A DNA stretch of 64,000 bases, taken from assembly GCA_965242865.1 (NCBI GenBank), contig CBDETK010000013.1, positions 4,960,001-5,024,000 on the forward strand, written 5' to 3'. The translations under genes and the position numbers were made by a program. Shown here piece after piece: positions 57,184 through 64,000 of this stretch. The notes below the pieces were generated by a model. That model ran no database searches and was not told the origin of the DNA. It saw only the letters and a list, made by a program, of their open reading frames with translations. Positions within the stretch are counted from its first letter, which is position 1; each line of letters starts with the position of its first letter. This DNA comes from Candidatus Latescibacterota bacterium (GTDB lineage: Bacteria > Latescibacterota > UBA2968 > UBA8231).

Positions 57184-57987
57184 GTGCTCGATGGACTGCG
57201 CCTGTACGGCCGCTACATTGATATTTCCTTCCGCAGCCAAATGCAGTATCGGGCCTCCTTTGTCATGCTGTCCGTGGGGCACGGCCTGATGACCGGCTTG
57301 GAGTTCTTGGGCATCTGGGTGCTCTTTGACCGCTTCGCCGCCCTCGACACCTGGACCCTGCCCGAAGTGGCCTTCTTTTACGGCCTAATCAACATCGCCT
57401 TTGCCCTGTGCGACGCCTTCTCGCGCGGCTTTGACGCCTTCGCCGCGACGGTCAAAAGCGGCGACTTCGACCGCCTGCTATTGCGCCCCCGCAGCACGGC
57501 TTTGCAGTTGGCCGGGCAAGAACTTACCCTCAAGCGCATCGGCCGCATCGCCCAGGGATTGGTCGTCCTGTTGTGGGCGGCCGACGCCCTAGAGCTATCT
57601 TGGACGCCGGACAAGCTGCTCCTCGTCGCGTTTACCATCCTCGGCGGTGCTTGCCTGTTTTACGGCCTGATCGTCCTGCAAGCGACGCTGGCCTTTTGGA
57701 CGACTGAGAGCTTGGAAATCGTCAATGCCGTGACGTATGGCGGCGTGGAGACGGCCCAGTACCCGCTGGCGATTTACCGCGAGTGGTTTCGCCGCTTTTT
57801 CACTTATGTCATCCCCCTCGCCTGCGTTAGCTACTACCCGGCGTTGGGGATTTTGGAGCGCCCCGACCCCTTGGGCTCCGGCCCGTTATTCCAATGGCTG
57901 GCCCCGACCATTGGCCTGCTCTTTTTTGTAGCCTGTCTGCGCGTCTGGCAGGTGGGTGTGCGGCACTACCGATCGACGGGAAGCTGA
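57184..57987 (+). CDS. ABC-2 family permease (DUF990-like)
   Basis: QMQYRASF, GDFDRLLLRP, YPLAIY, ends YRSTGS. Confidence 0.88.
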   Translation: MLDGLRLYGRYIDISFRSQMQYRASFVMLSVGHGLMTGLEFLGIWVLFDRFAALDTWTLPEVAFFYGLINIAFALCDAFSRGFDAFAATVKSGDFDRLLLRPRSTALQLAGQELTLKRIGRIAQGLVVLLWAADALELSWTPDKLLLVAFTILGGACLFYGLIVLQATLAFWTTESLEIVNAVTYGGVETAQYPLAIYREWFRRFFTYVIPLACVSYYPALGILERPDPLGSGPLFQWLAPTIGLLFFVACLRVWQVGVRHYRSTGS

Positions 57988-57997
57988 CGGGTGCGCC

Positions 57998-58035
57998 TTG
58001 CCCTTGGGCTTTCGCGGGATATACTTTGGATATAC
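57998..58035 (+). promoter_or_regulatory. mazEF promoter/operator
   Basis: TTGCCC-16-TATACT overlapped by a GGATATAC repeat (58017-58024, 58028-58035). Confidence 0.5.
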
Positions 58036-58060
58036 ATCGCCTTGTGAAGAGGTTAGCCAA

Positions 58061-58306
58061 ATGAGTACCATACAGAAATGGGGAAACAGCCAAGGGCTTC
58101 GATTGGCCAAGGCCATTCTCCAAGAAGCGCAGCTAGATGTGGGCGACGAAGTGGATATTTCCGTTGAGAACGGGCGAATTATAATTGAGCCTACGACTAA
58201 GGTTCGGGGGAGATACGATTTGCAGGAGTTGCTGGCAAAGATGCCCAAAGAGTACCGAGCGGAAGAGTTGAATTGGGATGGACCTGTCGGGAAAGAGGTC
58301 TGGTAG
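58061..58306 (+). CDS. mazE: MazE/AbrB-family antitoxin
   Basis: IQKWGNSQGLRL, ends WDGPVGKEVW. Confidence 0.92.
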   Translation: MSTIQKWGNSQGLRLAKAILQEAQLDVGDEVDISVENGRIIIEPTTKVRGRYDLQELLAKMPKEYRAEELNWDGPVGKEVW

Positions 58307-58660
58307 ATGCCCCGTTATATTCCGCAGAAAGGGGACTTCGCGATTTTGACTTTTGATCCACAGGCGGGGCACGAGCAAAAAGGGCGTCGTCCCGCATTGG
58401 TAGTCAGCAATACGCTGTTCAACAGGCACACCGGACTTGCCATGGTGTGTCCGATAACCAAGACAAAAAGGAATATCCCTTTCCACGTGGAAGTTCCAAG
58501 CGAATCATCCCTTGTGGGGTACATCATGGTCGAACAGATCAAATCCGTCGATTACGCGAGCCGCAAAGCATCATTCGTTGGCAAAGCCCCCCACGCCGTT
58601 CTTGACGAAGTGTTAAGCCTCCTAGACGCCTGCCTATACCACTCGCCCACGGCGAGCTAG
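58307..58660 (+). CDS. mazF: MazF/PemK-family toxin (endoribonuclease)
   Basis: YIPQKGD...FDPQAGHEQKGRRPALVVS...CPIT...QIKSVD. Confidence 0.94.
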   Translation: MPRYIPQKGDFAILTFDPQAGHEQKGRRPALVVSNTLFNRHTGLAMVCPITKTKRNIPFHVEVPSESSLVGYIMVEQIKSVDYASRKASFVGKAPHAVLDEVLSLLDACLYHSPTAS

Positions 58661-58676
58661 ACAATAAAGGAATGCG

Positions 58677-59789
58677 ATGGCAACGGACGGAACGATTTTG
58701 CAAACGGGCACTCCAGCGGCTGTCGGCCTGTCGGCGGCCCAACTCGAGCGAGCCTTTGGCCTGCTTGCGGCTGCTATTGAAGCGGGCCAGATCAGCGCGG
58801 CCTCCCTGACGGTAGCGCGGCACGGCAAAGAGGTCTTTGCCCGAGGAGCGGGTCGGCAAAAACCTGGCACCGGCCCGCCGGTTGATGCGGATTCGATCTT
58901 TCTCCTCGCGTCGATCACCAAGCCGGTCACCGCTTGTGCGCTGATGATCCTCGTCGACCGCGGGCTGGTCTCGCTCGACGATCCGGCCGCCGATTACCTG
59001 CCCGAGTTTACCGGCGGCGACCGACCCGCCATTAAGGTCCGCCACCTGCTATCGCACACATCGGGGATGCCCGATATGTTGCCGGAGAATGTCAGCCTGC
59101 GGCGGGCACACGAGCCGGTAGGGGTCTTTGTCGAGCGCGCCCTGCAAACGCCTCTGCTCTACAAACCCGCGACCGATTTCCGCTACCAGAGCAAGGGCAT
59201 CCTGCTGGCGGCCGCGATCGTCGAGCGCGTCAGCGGCCAGCGGTTGCGCGACTTTGAGCGCGAGGAAATTTTCGCGCCCTTGGGCATGGAGCGCAGCGCG
59301 TTGGGCTTGGGCGCGTGGTCGCTGGCAGATACCGTGTGGTGCGGGACGGACGCCAAAGAGGACGAAGAGCAGCAGAGTTGGGGATGGAATTCCCGCTACT
59401 GGCGCGATTTTGGGGCGCCGTGGGGCGGCATGCACAGCAGCGGACGCGACTTGGCGGTCTTGCTGCAAACCATGCTCAACGGCGGTGCGTACGGCGACCA
59501 GCGCATCTGGAGCCGCGCCGCGGTCGCAGCCATGACGCGGGACCAAAACGGGGCACTCAACGCGCCGTGGGGCCTTGGGTGGGGCGTGTGCGGGGCGCGG
59601 GTGTGGGCCTTTTGGGGCGATCTGGTGTCGCCACACACCTTCGGCCACACCGGGGCCACCGGCACGGTGGCGTGGGCGGACGCGGAGCGCCAGTTAAGCT
59701 GCGTGGTGCTGACCAACCAGATGGTCGCCAACGGGAGCCTGTTGCGGCGGGTGTCCAACGCGGTATCGGCCGCCGTGGAGGCGGACTAG
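58677..59789 (+). CDS. Serine hydrolase, beta-lactamase class C-like family
   Basis: F.LASITK (SxxK), LLSHTSG, FRYQS, FGHTGATG. Confidence 0.88.
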   Translation: MATDGTILQTGTPAAVGLSAAQLERAFGLLAAAIEAGQISAASLTVARHGKEVFARGAGRQKPGTGPPVDADSIFLLASITKPVTACALMILVDRGLVSLDDPAADYLPEFTGGDRPAIKVRHLLSHTSGMPDMLPENVSLRRAHEPVGVFVERALQTPLLYKPATDFRYQSKGILLAAAIVERVSGQRLRDFEREEIFAPLGMERSALGLGAWSLADTVWCGTDAKEDEEQQSWGWNSRYWRDFGAPWGGMHSSGRDLAVLLQTMLNGGAYGDQRIWSRAAVAAMTRDQNGALNAPWGLGWGVCGARVWAFWGDLVSPHTFGHTGATGTVAWADAERQLSCVVLTNQMVANGSLLRRVSNAVSAAVEAD

Positions 59790-59845
59790 TCCAACTCTCC
59801 GCCGAGTTCATTCCGCAGCAGAAATTAACTTTATCAAGTTTATTA

Positions 59846-59873
59846 TTGACTTTTTTCATTACATCGCTATAAT
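59846..59873 (+). promoter_or_regulatory. Promoter TTGACT-16-TATAAT with AT-rich repeats upstream
   Basis: Near-consensus hexamers; ATTAACTT/ATCAAGTT/ATTGACTT repeats at 59824-59852. Confidence 0.6.
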
Positions 59874-59906
59874 AATGCCTAAATCCAATTATTTGGAGGT
59901 GCCGTT

Positions 59907-60296
59907 ATCAAGGACTGGAAAGAGTTAACCGATCTGACGAAGGGGGCGCGTCTCGTGGTGGAGCGGGTTTTTCTGCCGGATAGCGAAGTCGCAATCGAAG
60001 GACAATTTGAGCCGCCGGCGCTAGCGGGTCTTTCGGCCGAGGACCAAGTATTCGTAATGGCCTTCGTCCACGTCCACGGCTCGATCAAGGAGATGGAGCG
60101 CATATTTGGCGTCAGCTACCCGACGGTCAAGAACCGGCTGAATGCCATTGCCGAGCAGCTGCAGTTAGTCGAGGCGGTGTCGCAAACCGCAGAAGCGGCG
60201 GGCACTGCGCGCTCGAATCCCCAGTCGGCGGCCGTTCTCGACAGCCTCGACCGCGGCGAGATCGACGTTGAAGAGGCCCTGCGGAGGCTCTCCTGA
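59907..60296 (+). CDS. DUF2089-family HTH protein with SHOCT-like C-terminus
   Basis: GSIKEMERIFGVSYPTVKNRL; VLDSLDRGEIDVEEALRRL; start ambiguous (ATC 59907 or GTG 59955). Confidence 0.8.
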   Translation: MKDWKELTDLTKGARLVVERVFLPDSEVAIEGQFEPPALAGLSAEDQVFVMAFVHVHGSIKEMERIFGVSYPTVKNRLNAIAEQLQLVEAVSQTAEAAGTARSNPQSAAVLDSLDRGEIDVEEALRRLS

Positions 60297-60562
60297 TGTG
60301 GTCGCCGGTATTGCTGCGCGTGCGAATCGAGGCCGACAAGCACCGCATTCGGTTGTGGATCCCGCTCGTCGTGCTGTGGCCGGTCATCGTCGTCGCGGTG
60401 CTGCTGGGGACTCCTGTAGTAGCGGTGCGCTCGGGGCATTGCGCTCGGCTCCGTTCCGCCCTGCTGGCTGGCCCCTTGCTGCTGTACGCGCTCGCCTCGT
60501 TGCGCGGCCTGCGCTGCAACGTAATCTCCGGCGCGGACCGCGTGTTCATTTCAATCGACTAG
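60296..60562 (+). CDS. Hypothetical membrane protein
   Basis: TGATG coupling; IRLWIPLVVLWP hydrophobic stretch. Confidence 0.7.
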   Translation: MWSPVLLRVRIEADKHRIRLWIPLVVLWPVIVVAVLLGTPVVAVRSGHCARLRSALLAGPLLLYALASLRGLRCNVISGADRVFISID

Positions 60563-60568
60563 GAGGCA

Positions 60569-61483
60569 GTGATGACTGAAGAGCGACGAAGAGTCCTCAA
60601 CATGCTCTCAGCGGGCAAAGTAACCGTAGAGGAGGCCGAGCGTCTCTTAGAGGTGCTGAGGGCCAATCCCAAGCGCACTGCGCCCGAGGAAGAACCCAAG
60701 AGAGCCGCCCTGCACGACGACGCTTTTGCCGTGGGAGCCAGCCCGCGCCTCGTGGTGCGCGGCTTCAACGGTCGCGTCCGGGTCCATGCCGGCCCCCCCG
60801 GCTCAATTCGCGTGCGGGCGAAGCTGAAAAACCCCCACCGCACCAAGTACAGGGCCGTGCAGGAAGGCGACCTCGTCAAGGTCGAGGTCAAGGCCAAGTC
60901 GGAGCGGCAAGCCGAGGGATTCCTGCCCGGATTTTCCCGCCAGCACGCTGGAGCCAACATCGAGGTGACCGTGCCCGTTGCGACGAGCGTTGACTTGGCG
61001 ACTAGCAACGGGCCGGTCGAGGTCCAAGGAACAGAGGGCGGTGGAACGGTGCAGACCAAGAACGGGCGCGTAAGGGTCGAACAATTCAAGGGCGACCTGA
61101 ACGCGACGACCAAGAACGCCCCAATCGCGGTCAAAACCTTCCAAGGCTCGGCCGCGCTTTCCAACGTGAACAGCCGCGTGTCGGTCGAGGACGCCCACGG
61201 CTGCTTCGACGTGCAGACTATCAACGGGACGATCAAGTTTCAGGGCAGCATTGAGCCTAAAAGTCACAACAGGCTATCCACCTTGAACAGCAGCATCAAG
61301 GTGGCTCTGGACGCCGACCCAAGCCTCAAGCTGAAGGCTGCGACGCTCAACGGGCGCATCCGTTGCGAGGTGCCGGGCTTTGTCGCATCGCTCCATAAGC
61401 GCCACAAACTCGAGGGAATAGTGGGCGAAGGCGAGGCCGAGTTGATCGCCAAAACCATGAACGGCTCCATAGCAGTTGAGTAA
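60569..61483 (+). CDS. SHOCT-like plus DUF4097 (Toastrack) beta-repeat protein, LiaX/YvlB-like
   Basis: EERRRVLNMLSAGKVTVEEAERLL; repeated T.NG.V strands. Confidence 0.82.
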   Translation: MMTEERRRVLNMLSAGKVTVEEAERLLEVLRANPKRTAPEEEPKRAALHDDAFAVGASPRLVVRGFNGRVRVHAGPPGSIRVRAKLKNPHRTKYRAVQEGDLVKVEVKAKSERQAEGFLPGFSRQHAGANIEVTVPVATSVDLATSNGPVEVQGTEGGGTVQTKNGRVRVEQFKGDLNATTKNAPIAVKTFQGSAALSNVNSRVSVEDAHGCFDVQTINGTIKFQGSIEPKSHNRLSTLNSSIKVALDADPSLKLKAATLNGRIRCEVPGFVASLHKRHKLEGIVGEGEAELIAKTMNGSIAVE

Positions 61484-61509
61484 CCACACGGCAAAACAGG
61501 AGGACAGCC

Positions 61510-61914
61510 ATGAGCGAAAACAACAGACGCGTACTCCAGATGCTATCGGAGGGCAAGGTGTCCGTGGATGAGGCCGAGCGTCTGATTGCCCTCGTCGATG
61601 AGCAGCCCGAAGCGACCGCAGCGGTCCCCCGCACGGGAACGGCCCGGTATCTGAGGGTCACCATCCACTCGGATGGCGAGGAACACGTCGATGTCCGAGT
61701 GCCGCTGGCGCTGATCAAGGCCGGCGTCAAGCTGCACACCTTGCTGCCAGAGCAGGCGGCCACCGGGATCAATACGGCCCTACGGGATCACGGCCTTGAC
61801 ATCGACATTGGCAACCTGCGGACCGAGGATCTAGAGGAACTCATAGACGCACTGAGCGAGATCGAGGTCAACATCCAAGACGGGGAGGACAAGGTTCGGG
61901 TGCATTGCGAGTGA
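61510..61914 (+). CDS. SHOCT-like domain protein
   Basis: MSENNRRVLQMLSEGKVSVDEAERL...VDVRVPLAL. Confidence 0.8.
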   Translation: MSENNRRVLQMLSEGKVSVDEAERLIALVDEQPEATAAVPRTGTARYLRVTIHSDGEEHVDVRVPLALIKAGVKLHTLLPEQAATGINTALRDHGLDIDIGNLRTEDLEELIDALSEIEVNIQDGEDKVRVHCE

Positions 61915-62079
61915 TTCGGGCCGCGAGGCAAATTGCGATGGGCGTTCACTAACCGGCGAGTCTTGCAGAGCACGGCGCGCAAGTCTCCCACCGACTTGTA
62001 GCGTACGGCCCGCTGTTCTTTTCGCAAATCTGTCTTTGAAGCGTCCGTACTGTGTGGCCTTATGCCAGCAATCAAACGC

Positions 62080-64000
62080 TCACATCTGGATCTGGTGAGG
62101 CTTCTCTGCGATCATTCGCCAAGCTTCACCGCTGAGCATCCATTTGCCGGAAATTTGTGCTGGATTCTCAATCGGTAGCACGTTATAGGTGCTATCGGCT
62201 ATCCGTTCCACAACATAGAGATACCAAGAACCCGTTGCCTGATCTTCCAACATCTCAAATGCCTTGCGTACTTGTGCGCGACTCAATTCCACAACTTCGT
62301 CTCCCTTCCAAGGACGCTTCTTCGCCAAAGATTTTTGTCGAACAAGGGCACGATCTCGCGTAAAGGAACCTCCCGCGCCATTGGGATCACCATTCTCAGG
62401 CGTTGTTTTTCTATTTGTATTCGTCGGCTCATCTTCGCTTACATGATTTTCCGTATTCGGCTCGTTAGTATTTCTAGTGTTGCTCAGATCATTTTCTAAA
62501 TCCACCTGCTTTCCCGGGTCTGATACTCTCGACGGTAACTCAAAGTCTGGAGCGAAGGATCGTCTAAATTTGTCCGCGGCCAGCCTAAAATCCTCCTCGC
62601 TATCAATTGCTCCCAACATCCCGGTGAGATCCGCTGCAAGGTCCCCACGTTGACGAAAAGAATAGGCGCGCAAAAGCTCTTTGGCAGCGTCGGATCCAAA
62701 TTGAATAGGCCGGCCTGCGACCTTTAGAACGCCGTGGTCCAAGCGAGCATTCACGGGCACTTGCTTATATGGTCCCTTTTCGATTTTTACAAAAAGCTCA
62801 ATTTTTTCAAACCGTCGTAAATGTTTAGCCTGATCGATTTCTGTCTTATCTCCACCATCCCCGCGCTCGCCGCGAACTTGGTGAAGAAGTTTGCAGATAA
62901 GCGTAAACTTGCCGCTCCAGTCGGTAGCCACCTTCTCGCCTGTCTCGTTCCAGTTCATATCAATGGCAGAAGACAGGGGTAGCAACCCGAGTGCTTCCGC
63001 GGTGCGGATCCGATCAGACAGGGAATTGCCAAGATGCCCACCCGTGACAATTTGTAACTCGGCATTTTCAGGGATAAACCTGCGATCTTCGAGATCATCA
63101 AAGTAGATGTTCTCCGCATCAGCCAAAAAGACCCACTTCCCATCAGCAAAGACAGCCGCACCAGAAACAGCCGCGTCCCACTGATTGGACAGCGAATCGT
63201 CCTCAACGCGATCCGTCAGGCAGTACGCATACGCAGTCGGCAACACACCGCGCACCTCGTTTGCCAACCGCTCGGGAGATGATCGCGCCCGTTTCCAAAC
63301 ATCCCGAATATACGCCAACGCTTGCTCACCCGTCGTCGTATCTGGAAATTCATAGGGGAAATCGGGATGTTCCAATTCCTTCCGTAGTACTTCGTCAATG
63401 AGATCCAGTGGGAGAACCCAGCCGCCGAGCGCACCACGGCGTTGTCCTCCGACCCGCTGAACGACGCGATTGATCGGAATGCGCTCGCCATTGTTCGATG
63501 GCACAGCGAGTTCTCTTACAACCTGCTCAAATTGTTCGTCTTCGTCGGTTACAATCTGTTCACGGATATTCCCAAGCAACTCCGCCAATTTTTCTGCATT
63601 GAGTTGCGATCCCACTCTGGAAAGTCTGCCAATCAATGTAGCTTCGGGAATAGCTGTGCCGAAGGCCACCCCTTCTTCCTGAAGAACGGCTAGGAGCTCT
63701 GACGATAGTTTCGCTACGGGCACGCTCTCACGCGCAGGGTCAGACTCTGAAAGCACATCTTGCGGACGACGAAGCTCACCATCAGCGCAAGGAACCCATG
63801 CGAGTTCAGAGAGCTTGACGACCCACTTGCTTGGCCGCGTACCTGTTAGGGAATATGGACGGTAATAGAAGTACTTGGCCTTCCTATTGCCTTTGCGATG
63901 TAAAGCATTAAAGCCATCCTCAAGCCATGCGGCAACCGCCGCTCGCACTTCTTTAGATGCGCCCTCTCCGGGAATTTCCTCAATATCGAAGTCCAGCATT
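62080..64000 (-). CDS. 3' part of a large putative defence protein (sacsin-like with DUF3883/NO VEIN-type C-terminus)
   Basis: Open frame running off the window edge; AWVPCADGELRRP sacsin-like motif; VELSRAQ...WYLYVVE terminal domain; AT-richer. Confidence 0.55.
   Translation of the reverse strand, partial: MLDFDIEEIPGEGASKEVRAAVAAWLEDGFNALHRKGNRKAKYFYYRPYSLTGTRPSKWVVKLSELAWVPCADGELRRPQDVLSESDPARESVPVAKLSSELLAVLQEEGVAFGTAIPEATLIGRLSRVGSQLNAEKLAELLGNIREQIVTDEDEQFEQVVRELAVPSNNGERIPINRVVQRVGGQRRGALGGWVLPLDLIDEVLRKELEHPDFPYEFPDTTTGEQALAYIRDVWKRARSSPERLANEVRGVLPTAYAYCLTDRVEDDSLSNQWDAAVSGAAVFADGKWVFLADAENIYFDDLEDRRFIPENAELQIVTGGHLGNSLSDRIRTAEALGLLPLSSAIDMNWNETGEKVATDWSGKFTLICKLLHQVRGERGDGGDKTEIDQAKHLRRFEKIELFVKIEKGPYKQVPVNARLDHGVLKVAGRPIQFGSDAAKELLRAYSFRQRGDLAADLTGMLGAIDSEEDFRLAADKFRRSFAPDFELPSRVSDPGKQVDLENDLSNTRNTNEPNTENHVSEDEPTNTNRKTTPENGDPNGAGGSFTRDRALVRQKSLAKKRPWKGDEVVELSRAQVRKAFEMLEDQATGSWYLYVVERIADSTYNVLPIENPAQISGKWMLSGEAWRMIAEKPHQIQM

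Noticed and set aside
624-60549. Many long antisense or alternate-frame ORFs in the track (e.g. 624-1487, 6095-6784, 30052-30981)
   Set aside because: Shadow ORFs expected in high-GC coding DNA; they overlap well-supported genes and carry no motifs.
61788-62075. 95-aa minus-strand ORF downstream of the DUF3883-like gene
   Set aside because: It overlaps the SHOCT gene on the opposite strand and has no SD or motif; at most a junction remnant.

Overview
GC-rich bacterial chromosomal segment, mostly housekeeping genes. These include pgsA-recN-xseBA, ymdB-rny-zapAB-pheTS-rplT-rpmI, surE, accD, a TPR-exbB-exbD-exbD-tonB operon, nrdR plus class II RNR (nrdJ) with an NrdR box, map, topA-xerC, thyA, five tRNAs, rfaE2-cpoB-bamD-nadD-thrC, rsmF-like methyltransferase, an ABC exporter and a DUF2089/SHOCT/DUF4097 envelope-stress operon. 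The organism is a diderm. Gene content (Omp85 fusions, LRR/YWTD lipoprotein, PhyH, DUF1640-like paralogs) suggests, by inference only, an FCB-group, Latescibacterota-like and possibly host-associated bacterium. Several AT-richer accessory islets stand out: (1) a coupled two-gene cassette (Cas2/VapD-like small protein plus 2-TM protein) bounded by a 13-nt imperfect direct repeat, the best candidate for an undescribed defence or toxin-antitoxin module; (2) a decayed defence island with a GHKL-ATPase/histidine-kinase fusion, a deletion scar joining a receiver-like N-terminus to a PAPS-reductase-like C-terminus, and an intact phosphorothioate-sensing SBD-HNH nuclease; (3) an LRR+YWTD lipoprotein behind a poly-C-dependent leader ORF; (4) mazEF; (5) a partial sacsin/DUF3883-like gene at the right edge. 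Also notable: an RNase Y with a degenerate HD domain, a perfect 23-bp hairpin in the nrdJ leader, and a recurring TTGACn-17-TAnTTT promoter form. All family assignments come from motif recognition by eye; no searches were run.
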